Assembly (NCBI GenBank): GCA_000320545.1
Contig: ADNK01001949.1
Span: forward strand, 1-64,000
Length of the DNA: 64,000 nt
Reading direction: 5' to 3'
DNA from: Bigelowiella natans CCMP2755
Taxonomy: Eukaryota > Protista > Cercozoa
Shown: positions 12,306 through 25,702 of the stretch, in pieces
Position numbering within the stretch: position 1 is the stretch's first letter
Layout of the letters: every line of letters begins with the position of its first letter
Position numbers and translations under genes: made by a program
The notes under the pieces: model-generated
What the model was told of the DNA's origin: nothing
Seen by the model: the letters and a program-made list of their open reading frames with translations, nothing else
Database searches by the model: none

Positions 12306-14028
12306 TCACGGACGGGAAAATCCTAGCTTTGCACGCTTCTGTGCTGTTTCCAGCACGGCTCTAGCACGCAGTGAACCCGCCTTTTTGAAATCGTGCCTTC
12401 TCTTACGTGAGGCAGAACTCACGAGGGCAGTGTTGCTGCTGCTACTTCTGGCCTTCTTGGTGATGTGTGCAGGATTGGCAGTGCTTACAGCAGTAGCGCC
12501 TCTGGTCCTTCGATTGCTCTCTCCATCATCCCCGCAGCTGGAAACCTGAGCAGTTAGTGAGACGCATGGCTTAGAGAAAACACAACGACATCGTGATAGC
12601 AATGGCTGCATATAGGTGCGGTCGGACGTGTGGGGATACAGATAGGCTCAGAGATCATGGCCTCTTGACACCCATTTGCGACAGCAGCCACAGCATGCAC
12701 TCGCGTGCATACAGTCCCCCTCGCAACACGGGGAGGGGGGTAGCATCCTCGCCACACACACACAACCCCCCCCCCCCCCCCCCCCCCCCCCAACTTGATT
12801 GGTTTAGCTGGCCATGAAATGAAGTTTAGCTGGACATGCAATGAAGTCGAAGCTTTCGGGGGGTGGTGGGGGGGGGGGGACAACAAATAATCCACACCGT
12901 TGCTCGTGTGACGAGGCTGTAGAATGACAGAGGCGAATCTTGAGTCGGGAGCTCCGGCGAAAGGCCATTATCGTTGCTGCCATTTCCAGAGAGAGGGGAT
13001 GGGTGACCCGGGCACGGCGAGGCACCGGAGACGACGTGGGAAGAAATGGAAGCTCGCGGCTGCGTCCTCTCTTTGGCCTTGCCAGCCGTATCGGTCGCTG
13101 TTGCCGCACACAGCACCACCACCCTCCTCTTCTTCTTCATCCTCCCAATTTCACTATTCTTCTGGTCAGTTGGCGGAGCTGGGCGGGGCGGCGAGGTTGC
13201 CGTTGTGGGCAGGTGCGCCGCCGCTGCTGTGTGGCGCTGCTGCGGGGGGGCGATCCTCCTCGTTTTATCCTTATTATCTTCCGTCTGCGGCTGCTGTTCC
13301 TGAGAGACCTCGGGCATCCGAGCCCCCGGCCCGCTCGCAGTGTTCTTCATTGCGACCAGCACAGGCCCAGCTGGTTTTCGCTGCGTCCCCGCCTTCGTTT
13401 CCTTACTCTTCCTTTGCGTAGCTTCCTTGACATACCTGTCCACAAGCGGAGAGAATCAATCAAAAAACGATATCTAGATCGCGCGCTCAACGACAAAGGA
13501 TGGCAGGGCCGTCATCGACTTGGACGGCAACTTCCTCGATGGCTTGCAGCGCACGCGTACCTAGTCAACGCCATTCTCCGCTGTGTTTGGCTGGGGGACC
13601 TGCCTCTCTGCATCCTCTGGATCTTCAAGCTCTGCACGGGAGTCATCGAAATGTCAGAGAGGCTGACGGCAGCAGGGTTTGTAGTCGCTGGAGCAGCTCT
13701 TGTGCGCTGCGTCGCTGCGCTCTCCGTATTTTTCGATGTCACCCCGGTGCTTAGTGCGTTGGCGGGGGAGGGGGATACCAGCTTTCTCGTTCTCTCGCTG
13801 CCATCAAGCAGCAGCACCCGTCGTCGCCACCGCATTCCTCGCCTCCTCGTCATCACCCTCCCGGCAAAAATGGAAGGAAATCGCGGCCGGACAAACACGG
13901 TTGCGGCAGCTCCAGATGCGGCGGAGGGACGGGGGGGGGGCGAGGAGGACGACGAGGCTGGGGGGCCCATGCCTAAGAAATGTGAGAGAGCGATGAGAAA
14001 ATCAATGCGTGGGGGACAGCAAATTAAA

Positions 14029-14069
<41 letters not shown>

Positions 14070-15331
14070 TATAATTGTAGTGCTCGTGATCAGTCCTATC
14101 GGTAATAACAGGTTCAATATCACCATCGGTGCTGGCCAAGGAAAAACGCCGGAGAACCCCAGGGGGGAGGGGCGGACGGCCAGGCGAGCGTCTCTTGATG
14201 ATGCCTTCTGCGTTTGTCGTTTTGCGGTTGGGGCTTTTCCCCTCCTTTTGTGAGCTTGTTCGTTCATTCCTTTCCGCCCTCGAAATCGTAACCGTAGTGG
14301 TACTGTTTTTCTGCGCTGCTGCTTCCCCTCTTACTCCTCCTCCCAATTCCTTTTCATGGCGACCCGAAGTGCGGTCCGCCGTTTCTGGAAGGGCCTTTAC
14401 AGGGGAGTCGCTTAGCACTGAGAAAGAGGTGGTTGGGGGGGGGGACGGCTTGCTCTGCAATCGATTGTCCGCTGCATTGAAACTCTTTGGATTTTTCTTC
14501 TTCAGTGTCGGCTGTGGTGAAGATGTATTTGCGCAAGTGCCGAGCTTGGTCCTCTGCGCTTGCTTTTCTCGCCTTTCTCCTTCTACCCCGCCTCCCACTT
14601 CTACCATTTTCTTCATAGAATCATTTTTGCAGCCCCTTTCGGTTTGCGTAGCTCCGCCAGCACCAGCAACCTTGTGAGCGCCCATGCAAACCTCAACCGT
14701 CTTCTCGGCAGCTGTGTCCGTGGCGTTCAGAGAGGCAGAAACGGGGGGGGGGGGTGGCGGCGGTGGTGATGGAACTGGTGACTGCGGCAGTAGAGACGCA
14801 GAGCAAGGGGAAGAAGAGACTGGTGCTTGCTGCTGTGTCTGAGCGGAATTTTGGACGCGAAAAAGATCGAGTGTTAACGCCAAAACAACTAGAATGAAAA
14901 CGCTAATATCTAATCAGACGAGCATGCAGGGGTAGTCGTGGACTCGCGCGCACGCACAGATATTCAATCCACACCTTTCGAACGGGAGACGTAAGCAATA
15001 GCAGCCTAGCGCCTCTCCCCCCTTCTTTGGCTGCGAGCCATGGGGCTACCGTTTTCACGGGAGATGCTCGAAAGGGGATCCCAGATCTGTTGTTACCCCC
15101 TGATAGCCAACACCATACCAAAGAGAATACAAGGAAAGTAAGAGTTGGGCAGGTAAGGGTCGCAAATTCAGACGTGCGTTGTATTTCATCGTTCATGCTC
15201 TACTGCCTCGTGATCTAATTCTGGAGACCTGAGGCCATCGCATTCTGCATCCGATGTAGTCGCCCAAGCCATCTTGAGCCACGTCTGCCTCGCCGAATCA
15301 AGCTGTTGTCGCTACTGCCGTTGCTGGCCAT
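12306..15331 (-). CDS. Multi-exon low-complexity Ser/Thr/Pro/Lys-rich hypothetical protein, possibly nuclear
   Basis: Consecutive minus-strand ORF blocks (14002..14883, 13512..14267, 12826..13443, 12306..12611) contain GT-AG junctions, e.g. RRMALT-R/YVKEA. Basic clusters KKKRR and RKRR are present. Start codon uncertain. Confidence 0.55.
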
Positions 15332-16492
15332 GTTGCTGTCGTAGCCGGAGTTCTTCGCATCTGAAGGCGGCGATGAAAAAGCATGCTTAAATAATGAAAA
15401 TCATTCTTCGAGCATTAAATACCGTTGTCCTGGTCGCAGCCGGGGAGTGTGTTATTTCGCTTTTTGTCTTCGTTGTTGACTTCGCTGGTAGTCATCTTCA
15501 AAATGACTTGCTCTTGCTCCCTTCGTTTTCTTTTCAAACGAAGAGAGAGCAGCGAGGGCCGCATTTTCGAGGAGCGCCGGCGAGCTCCAGATCCCTAAAA
15601 TATTCAAAAGTGAATCTGTGTACCTTGCGGAAGCAAGGTGTCATTTGAAAACATTTGCATCGTCTGCACTACATTTTTTGTTTCTTCAAAAATAATCATT
15701 CACCATTTGGGGTCCCATCCTTATTGGCGTTTTGCCCGTCCCCCAGGCACGTGGGGGGGTAGGCCTCGAGATCGTCGTCATGAAATGGCGGCCGCCCGCC
15801 ATCCCAACAGGTGGAAAATGTGGTAGTTTCCTGAGGTTTTATTGCATTTTTCTTAAATTTGATTGTCTCTCTACAATAATGTACGGCTTATCAACTTTTA
15901 GTTGGCGCGAATCTATGTGTTTTGGCGGGAAAAAAGTTTTCTTCTGGCTTTTTTTAGGTACATCGATAATTTCTCAAAACATCCTTTTACGACAACATAT
16001 ATGGATTGTCTTTGCATAATATGATGGCATGTTTTCGAAAAAATTGGCATCAAAATTCCCGGATAATTCAGTAGATATTTTTGGGAATTCTTGATGCAAA
16101 ATGTAGGAGGTTTGTTCTTGAAATCCTGGAAATAATGGCATTACTTCATAAAATGCATCCTTCTTTGCGGAAGAGCTACGCAGAATGAGCAAAAGTGTTG
16201 ATTTTTTTCAAAATCAGCCAAAAGGCCAAATTTTGATGTAAAATCGCCTATAATCATGCTCAAGCTGGCTTTCACATCTGGAGTTGATCGGGTGATCGGT
16301 TTCGAAACCTCCTGTGGGTGGGGGGAGGGGGTTGTGGAGCTAGGGGGGGGGTTCTACTGAGACAGTGTCTTGATGAAACTGTATGGAATGTAATCATTAA
16401 GTTGCTGGGGGGAATCAGTCGTTTGTGTTTCAACAAATGGAATATCTAACAGTTAAACATTGCGCACCAGGCATTCGAACTACTTTCACATA

Positions 16493-17333
16493 ATGGGTTG
16501 CGCTGGATCGAGAAACCATGTTAAAACTTCCGGAGGAAAGAAGGCCAAGTATATTATTACGAATGTGAGTCACAATTCCGTCGCCTCCTCAAGGCGCTCT
16601 TTACCTCTCCCAAATACTAATAGCTGTGTTCCTACTCAGGGGTTCATCGATAGTAAGGGAATCGTGGAAGACGCGAGCGAGCTAAAAGAGATCAAGCAGG
16701 CGATGTACAATGTAAAACCTTTACACGGAACACAAGAAACAGAATCTCCCTCCCACGATCTTCTCTAAACACTAACGTTTAAACTGAAAAACAGCTACTG
16801 TTGGGCGAGCATAAGAGCATTACCAACCTTACCGAACAGAAGGCCAGCCACCAAAAATCGGTAGTTTCGAGATCAATATCAGAACGATTATTGAGACTAA
16901 AGCCACGAATTAAGCGCACTCTTTATGGGTCGCTTAATGCCAGTCGAATTGAATTATTAGCCCTTTGTTTTTGCTCCAAGAAGATGCTATTCGAAATCAA
17001 TAATTGGACATTGTTTTCAGTTCCATAAGAGGATACTTCGCGAGCTATGGGATTATCACCTTTCCTGTAAGAAGGAACCAAAGGAGCTAAGGGTTATACT
17101 GCATTTACTTTACAATTGACAATCCCCCGAGATTTGGCGACAGATTGGATCATGATTGTAACACTGTTTGCATTTGTGTGAAACTACGGCATCAGGATGA
17201 ATTACTGCCTCCAGAAGTTGCAATCAACTTGTTACAAGACTATATCGATGCTACTTACGACTATGCAGTAGAGGTAATCAGCATGCATATTTTACCGGAC
17301 ATTTTCGAATGATAACTCATTTGGATGTGTGTA

Positions 17334-17370
<37 letters not shown>

Positions 17371-17399
17371 GGGGATTATGTGCCAGTTGTGTGGTGATT

Positions 17400-17447
<48 letters not shown>

Positions 17448-17598
17448 CATCCAAAATTGGTATTTGCTGCATATTAAATCTTTGTGTTCTAAAAACCATG
17501 CACAACGCTCAGCTCCGTGACGATTTCTTCTATGCAAAGTGGGGCATTCTGAAGCCCATCGTGGTTGCGAACGGTAAGTAACACCTAGCGTTGATATT

Positions 17599-17646
<48 letters not shown>

Positions 17647-18511
17647 TGTGTGTATGTGTGTATGTGGTTGTCAAAATTATACGCGCACCTTTTGGCAGGT
17701 GTCAACTCCAAGAGCTTCGAACGCAAGGTAATTTTTTGTACTGTAGTTTGGAGTGTTGCGTGTCAGTGATTTTAGGTGATATTTCACAGGGACATAACGT
17801 GTTCAAGAAGGTCAAGAAGACTATGGAACCTGTAAGTTTGAAGAATTCACATTTTGCAATCCTACTTGATCTGAGACCGATGAAATTCCGTGCCCCACAC
17901 GGCACTTACCGGCCGACATTTGTGCAGCATTTCTGAAGTTTCGAGCGCAACTTAAATTTATCATTCGTTCAATTGCTTGGAGCAGGCTTGGCGTATTGTT
18001 AGTGGTGATCATCATAATCATTATCATAATCATTATCATTCCTTGCTTTTAGTTTTTCCGCCTCTACGATGCACCAGAGGGCTGGATTGAAGGACATGCC
18101 AAGAAGTGGAAGATCGTCCGTGTGAAGATCCCCCCCCCACCTGGAGCCGAAGGCGAAGAAGCCAAGGACACGTTCGTTGACAAGGTTCAGTGGGAGGACT
18201 TCTATCAATGCTTTTCAGAGACCGAACTCGCTAAGGTTCAGAACATTTTATTTTCGAGCAAGCGCTCTCGTTTTTTTTCCCCCCCCAAAAGCAAAATAAT
18301 CTACGTAATCTGTATCATTGGATGGTTCAACTTTATCAGCATGTGTGCATGTGTTTCACTGATCTTGCTAACGTGAATGAAGCATGACTTCAGCAATGTC
18401 CTAACTCCGTAACATTAGAGTGTCCTCATTGTTCCTGTTGTCTGTCTTCATAAAATTACGATTCCATTAGAAACGGGATGCGAACTGGTTGTTGAGCCAG
18501 CTGGTTCCTGA
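16493..18511 (+). CDS. Multi-exon hypothetical protein with N-myristoylation/palmitoylation motif
   Basis: Starts MGCAGS. Short exons include DELLPPEVAINLLQDYIDATYDYAVE, HNAQLRDDFFYAKWGILKPIVVAN and FFRLYDAPEGWIEGHAKKWKIVRVKIPPPPGAEGE; probable last exon ITIPLETGCELVVEPAGS*. Confidence 0.6.
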
Positions 18512-18599
18512 AGTTGAGAAAGCAATCTCCCTTGAATTACATTTCTAGAACAATACGTGAAATGTTTGATGCAATGATCTACAATGTTGCCGAAAGTAG

Positions 18600-19600
18600 T
18601 CTTACACAGAGGAGATGTTGCACATCCACCCACGCTTGCATGCTGTTCATCGCAATGTGCTACGTGGTCGCTTTCTCATCGCACTGCTGTGCAGTTAGCT
18701 TGTCGCGACATTCCCTCGATCATTCCACCGCATGCGGGCACATCTAGACACGCACATTGACGAAGGCCACGTACGTACGCGACACAAGGCGATGTGCACT
18801 CCTGGATCGATTGACGCCATCTAGCCATGCGGCACATGTGTCTGTCTATAGCTGTGTCGATCTCCGCATGTGCGCACATCTTGCAACGCTTGGTGTTTTT
18901 TCCGTGCTAGCGCGTGCATCGATTCCAAACTGTGGCGTGCATGTTGCGCACGCGCACGCGCACGTGCATGCGCATGGTGCTGATGCACATGCATGATGCA
19001 GCATCGAGTCAAGCATTGCATGGCACTGCCCGTGCTTGGCCATCGTACATCTACGCCATTCCCGCTCATACGTAGCTGCAGTGAGCAATGATGAAAAATG
19101 CGCACCAGCATGCAATGAAGTGTAGAGCTAGATCTACTCTTGAGGAGAAACTTTCAACTTACGTAGAACTTGCCACGTGATAAGGGACAAAGCTCGAATT
19201 TTTGCATAATATTGGCTGCAAAAAGCTTTGAAATCTGAAAATACATGCAAAGATCGCGAATTCACAAGCTCTAAAGCTAGCCGCAAATCTACATTAATCA
19301 CAACGAACAAATTTCGGCCATGTCGACTGCGAGCTTACGCGAATTTGAATATGTTTACGTGGTAACATGATGACTCAACCCTTCCTCCCCATCTAGCCAT
19401 CCCTAACACACTTAAGTTTGAGCCACGCACGACTGTGGACAATAGCGAATGTCATGGCTGCTACTGCAAATTGTACTGCGCGAGCACGCAATAACTCGCG
19501 CGCAGCGCGCACTGCTCGTCTAGGCAAACACATGAAGCTGCGGGTATTAACACGTGTACGCATTGGGAGAACATGTGACTGGTTTGATGTACATTGTACA
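18600..19600. other. Partly TpA-depleted intergenic domain between convergent genes
   Basis: TGCA/CATG/CGCA-rich; includes a 32-nt alternating pyrimidine-purine tract without TA at 18945-18976. Confidence 0.55.
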
Positions 19601-19694
19601 TTTGACGAAAACTAGATGTCATTGAAGCTCGTGCGTGTAATCCGGAACATTGCGCGCTTGTGGCAGTCTACAGATATGAAGGCATTATCTAACA

Positions 19695-22678
19695 CTACTT
19701 ACCAAGAATGCATTGAACAGCAGCCTCTGCAGCGCACAAAGCCCCTAAAAGTAAACCAAAACTTAGAGTTTCGAATTGAAATCCTGCGATTTACTGTGTA
19801 AACGCACTTGTGACCACTCTCTTACTTACAACGGCATGCATGCAGGCTTAGCATGTGGATGTAGTAGTTGTCCTCACTACCTTCTAGAAAACCACCGTGT
19901 TTCTCCGAAAACTCTGTTCCGGCAAAGCCCAACCGTCCACCCCACAACTCAATCGCCTCTCTTCTCGTTAGAAATAAAGAAGGAAAATGAGACAGCAGCG
20001 AGCGATTCCACGCTCACACTTTTCATGTTTCACGCAGTTGAAGGCAGTAGTTGAAATATGCATGTCATCTTCCACTTTCATTTCCACTAGGAAAGAAGCA
20101 TCCTTGACGTACAAACACTCCTCAATTAAGACAATGGCAAAGTTCTACAGCAAAGAAGCTCCCTGACTGAGCATTGAGCATTGGGCATACACATCTGCGC
20201 TTATACCTAGGAATGCCCCTGTAGTCAGGGTGTCCTCCTGAAAAACCGGACTGAACATCTTCCGTTCCTTCCAAATGGTGAAGCACACAGTTACACGCGA
20301 ATCGAGATTTTCCAGCAATGAATTCAAAGCAAAAAAACCCCGGAGATATCGTTCGAAAATCTCTTTCGTCAAATCTCAAAGCGGGCAATGAAATCTGCAC
20401 AATGGCCACCTGCTGTATACTTCTCCTGAGCCCAATCTATATAGTACACCGCCTCCGGATTTAGTGCTGATGAAACAACGTTCAGCTGTCTGAAACGAGA
20501 AGTATAACTTAACAATGGGGGGGGGAGGCGAAGACGCGAAATGTCGATGGAATGATCCGAACTCATGTCGCGCTGTTAGGACAGAAATGCCACTTTACTA
20601 GCAGCAGCAGCAGCGGTAACATTACCACCACAACGCATACCTTCCTCTCCGAACATGCGGCTAAGCTGCTTCTTTGCCTCGGACATGACCTGAAGATGTT
20701 CGCATCACCATCTTGGAGAGACCATGCATGCAGAGCATCCCCTCTAAGCAAAAACGGCGACGTGAACGTCCAGATGTACAAACCGAACTCACTTGATTTC
20801 TTCCTTTGGAGAATCGCTCTTGGGGGCTCAGCCCAAGGAAACCAAACAGCGCAGGCCTTCCCTCCTGAGCACCGAGCGGTTAAGGATAACACACAGGCAG
20901 CAGTCGCGCAAAAGGATAAACTTGCATACGTATCGGTTCCGCGCATTCAAAACATTCTATCGTACTCAAAACTCTCTCCTTGAAGGCAGCTTTGCATGCC
21001 GAAAAACCGTTCGAAAAATTACGAGAGACTGTTAGAAGCATGCTCCAATTTGAGGCCATTTTTCAGAAGAAAATGCAGCAGCCAGCCGCAACGTCAACTA
21101 CCATAGGAGAAGCATCATGAGTCTCGCTCAACGGGCCGACGCGACTTCCTCCTGACCCCGACAATCCCTGATCGAAGTGCGAAAATAAACATGAGTAATT
21201 AATTAAAAACCGTAATAGCACTTTCATGCATTTTTTTAGCTTCTTTCCCTAATTTTGGCAAGGAGTAGTTCTTTCTAAGTACTGAAGAAATCTATCTCCT
21301 TTAAGGTTTCGTCGAGCAGCGCCACCGCGCTCGCATAGTTGTCCGACCTTTTTCCTCCAAAATGCATCTCGGTACACGGCTACCATCTTGCCTGATCGTG
21401 CGGCGGGTGTGGGTGTACAGATGTATTCAGCACTTTACAACACATCACCAGCGCGAACGCTCAGAAGCTACAGCGAGAAGCTCATTCGGAAAGAAAGTTT
21501 CGATTATTGCTTGAAAAAGGCAACGTTCGGTCGCGATGTAACGATCATCATCATGCTGTGAGGAGGACAACTTCACTACCATGGGGAGCCATCCACGTGG
21601 GTATTCGTCTAAATCCATCCTGGTATGTATTAATACGTCATATGATGTTCAAGGAAGTTGAATTGTACTTCAGGAAAATGGGGGGGGGGGGGAGGGAAGG
21701 GGAAGAGAGAACCATTGCGCCTTTTGGAAGCTTCGGGTCGAATGTCAGGACTCCCTCCATCAACAGACGAGGTGGCATCTAATCGACATCGCCAACATCA
21801 TCACCACCACCATCATCGTTGCAATCAGGAGATGTGTGCCTAATGGCGGGCCTCACGTTACAGCACACACGCCAACCAAAGCACACACCATGTAGACGGA
21901 GAGTCGCGAGGAGGATCATGGAAATTTGAGCAAAAACGGAAAAGAGAGAGAGAGAGAGACGGAGAGAGAAAGAGAGAGAGAGAAAAAGAGGGGGGGGATG
22001 GGGGAGGAAGAGAGGAATGAGAACGAGAGAGAGAGAGAGAGGGAGAGGCGAGAAGGAAAAGAGTTTCATACCGCGACAATAACATGAGCTGCTTTAATGC
22101 TCATCTTCAACGGTTGGCTCACTCCTCCTCCTCCCTCCTTCCTAGGAATCTTCTTTCCTTCCTCTGCCACAACGCCCTCATTCTTGTTCGTCGTTCTTCG
22201 AATCTGTAGCACTACGTGGGGAGTTCTGTCCCCCCCCTCCTCACCCCCCGTATCGCCACCATCGCTAGTTTCCTCTCCCCCTTGCTTGTAGGAAATGCTG
22301 GTGACCTCCGACCCCAACAGAATGCAATCCTTTTTATGCAAAGACACGGGAGAGCATCGAGGGTTTAGAGCACTCTATATTCTCCTTCTCCTCTCTCTCT
22401 CTCCCTCTTTCAAACTAGAACACTCACACTCGCACTCACAAAACCACGCCATATTTCATTAATCTCTTCAACATCTACATGGGGTTAACCGATGCCAGTG
22501 CTGCTTAAACTACATCGCAGAAGTATCACACCTTAGGAATACGGGAGGAAATCGCCTCTACCAACGAGTACATCCCACCGTCTACCCTCATCATGTCGCC
22601 AGGGGGGGGAGAGGGGGTGCGAAAATAGGTAGCAGCTTTTCCAGGTCCCTTATTGGTTACAATTAACATGTATACATG

Positions 22679-22723
<45 letters not shown>

Positions 22724-22748
22724 CATAATGATACTTATATGTATGTGT

Positions 22749-22788
<40 letters not shown>

Positions 22789-23220
22789 ATCCGTGTGTGT
22801 ATGCGTGTCATCGACGTTAAAGAGCACGTCTTTGTTTCTTCATAATTGCTTTCTACTTGCAATGATGTTCGCAAAGCATCGTGTATCGGTTGCCTCTCGT
22901 GGCTGATGCTATCTTGCGAAAATACGTCTTTCGCACGAAAGAGCGTTCAGAACATGGAGGGAAAGAGGCAAATCTAGCACCATATCCATCGCATACGCTC
23001 CGCTGTCGTACTGATCAAACGCCTTCAGTCCGAACCTTATTATTGAGAATAGGGTAAACGAGTGGGATGGGGGAGAGGGGGGGGAAAGAGGGGTGGGGGT
23101 GTGGAAAGAGGGGGATAATATTACAATGCTTCTATCTATTCTGGAGCGTTATAAAGTAGATCTCTTAATGCCGTTCCATGTGGAGAGGTTTGATGGTGAG
23201 TGTGGGTGTGTGTGTGTGTG

Positions 23221-23251
<31 letters not shown>

Positions 23252-24026
23252 GGAGAGAGAGAGAGAGAGAGAGAGAGGGAGTTTCCAGTGAGATTCTGTG
23301 CGTGTCGTCATGCTTCCTACTTCTTAATCGCAACCACCCTAACCCTAACCCTAACCCTACTTCTTAATCGCAGCCACCATTCTTTTATGACTCCTTGGCC
23401 AGAACCATCTGTATTACAAACACACAGAATTAGACACACACACACACACACTCACTCACACACACACACACACATACCCAAACACACGCACAAGAGCTCA
23501 CGATCTAGAAATATGAGAAGCCGTATTGCTTGGGAGTCAGCACGCAAATAAGGTCTTAAGGGCGTGTATGTGTGTGTGTGTGTGTGTGTGTGGGATTGTG
23601 TGTTTGTATTTGTGTGTGTGTTGGTGTGTGTGTTTGTATTTGTGTGTGTGTTGGTGTGTGTGTTTGTGTGTGCGTGTATGCGTTTTGTGTATCCCTTACG
23701 AAGGGCCAAGATCGTATCTCTCGCTGTGATGCAATTTCTTCTCATTGTTTTGAGCTCTGACGCGTTGAGTCTTCTTCATCTCCTCCTCCTCTCCCTCCCC
23801 CTCATCCTCCTCCTCCTCCTCCTCCTCCTCCTCCTCCTCCATCTTCTCAGCTCTTGCGTTTTTGATCCCACTTCCCCCCTCTCCGGATGGCTCTGACTTC
23901 CTAGAAGGGACGGTTTGCTTCGATACGACCTGTGAGCATACAGCAGGGGCGAGGCGGATGCAAAATGGCGGTGAGGATGATGATGAGGATGGCAACGAAG
24001 ATAATGCAATGGATTCACAAGTATAT

Positions 24027-24071
<45 letters not shown>

Positions 24072-24074
24072 TTT

Positions 24075-24105
<31 letters not shown>

Positions 24106-24852
24106 ATATAGCCAAGGATGCGAAGAAATACAGACTATGAGACCTACCCTCCCTCCTATACGATCCCGAGCCTCTATTATCACATTTGTGACACCTAGAG
24201 ATGAGGGAATTGGGGATTGAGGAAGAAAGGAGATTGCAATAAGTGTCATCACTGAAGAATTGATGAAGGATAAACGCAGTTAGGAAGTTTGCAGGGAAGA
24301 AAACCGAAAGCATAAAAAGAACCAAAAGATGCATATACGCCGCCGCATCTTGACCTGCTTCATGGAGGAGATACGAAGCGTAGAGGCCACTCACACCCGC
24401 TCCTTATCGATTTCGACGAGCACGTATTAGCAAGACTTAAACCGATAAAGAATATACTACGAGATGAGTTGGATTGCGGTTTTTGCATGAATGCGGCGTG
24501 CGCGCGCGCGCGCGCGCGTGTGTGTGTGCTATTAGCGGATATCAAAAACTAAAGTTGTCCGTCGAGGTGGTGGTAAAAAGGGCGGCTGTTTGTGAGCATA
24601 GCCGAAGAAGAAGTTTTTTTGTTTTAATTTGACTTTTTATTTTCAGAAGGCACCGACGTACCAACGATAGCGATAGGAAGGGTTTCTTTGCTGCCAGAGG
24701 AGTTTGAGCTCTAATATGCAGATTCGAGAGTTTATGAACGGAAATAATTATGTCTGATATGAATCCCGAAAGCTATTCGCTGAGCAAACACATGACCTAC
24801 CGTCCTCCCCCCTCTCCCCCCTCTCCACTCCTTCTCCCGCTCCACACTTCAT
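19695..24852 (-). CDS. Flavin-containing monoamine oxidase family protein (about 16 or more exons; 5' end uncertain)
   Basis: Spliced motifs occur in canonical order: IAIVG/AGVSGLYASYLL, IIEARDRIGGR, YDLGPS/WFWP, MRVDGGMYSLVEAI, MPPRL, IPTWMAPH/GKMVAVYRDAFWRKK/GLSG, GPLSETHDAS, ALFGF, IDWAQEKYT, LGFAGTE, GGFLE/GALCAAE. Confidence 0.9.
23337..23354. repeat. Interstitial telomere-type repeat (CCCTAA)3 inside a 23-bp direct repeat
   Basis: cctacttcttaatcgca(a/g)ccacc occurs at 23316-23338 and 23356-23378, flanking the hexamers, in an amine oxidase intron. Confidence 0.75.
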
Positions 24853-25702
24853 TTTTTTTATTTTCTCATGTTTCCTTTTTAAAAAAAAAACATATATCGT
24901 TTTCTATCGCACGTGCATGTTTTCAACACCAGTTTCATGCTGCGGCTGCGGCAGCTGGTCGACATTCCGGACGGCGATGTTCCTATGAGCCGCTCTGGAT
25001 CGTTATGCGGCGTCGTTGCTCAAGATGTTGCCCCCTCGCCCGTCAGATTAGCCAGGGACTATTATCAACAGCAAACTCACCACGAGTGCCAACAGAAGGC
25101 GAGATCTAAGGCTAAGAATTTTACCTTTCGCAACGGCTTTAATGATATATGATCAAATTAAGAGGAGGTCTGCTTGTTGACGTGCGGCTGATTCTCCGTA
25201 CTCGGCTAGTTTGGCCGTGAGTGTCGCCAAGGCCTATGAAGACTGCGTGCTATTGTGCTTTCCTTGAATATAACTCGCGTGTTAAATTCTCGCGTTGCCG
25301 ACCCGCCAACCCCGACCTTGCCGTCAGATTCGCTGTCACCGTGCGATTACACAACGAAGGGGGTATGGATTATGCACGGTCCGTCCGCCGCCTCGTTTCC
25401 GGTATTTCAGCACACGAGGGTGAGATATACCGGTGAAAACGCATTCTATTTACACCAAATTCGGATATTTTTCCAAGTCGCAGATAGATTCCCATATGCA
25501 ATTCCCAAACGCTACCTTTTCGCTGCTCGGTGCTTGCGTCTGGATAACTAAGCCCAGAGTTCCGGCTCTCCCAGTTCTCCGATTTTTTGGAAGTCGGAGG
25601 CACGTTCCGGATGAAAATGGCCTGCAATTGAAGCAAACGCGTTAAGAATGAAATCGTTAGTGACCGTCAATGACGGCGTATCTAGAAAATGCCGGGATTC
25701 GA

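Noticed and set aside
12940-14031. 363-aa plus-strand ORF
   Set aside because: Antisense shadow of GC-rich exons of the minus-strand gene; no recognisable domain.
20369-20946. Apparent two-exon signal-peptide gene (MRGTDTYASLSF...)
   Set aside because: The same DNA is better explained as amine oxidase exons, mostly in other frames (ALFGF, QLSRMFG, IDWAQEKYT).
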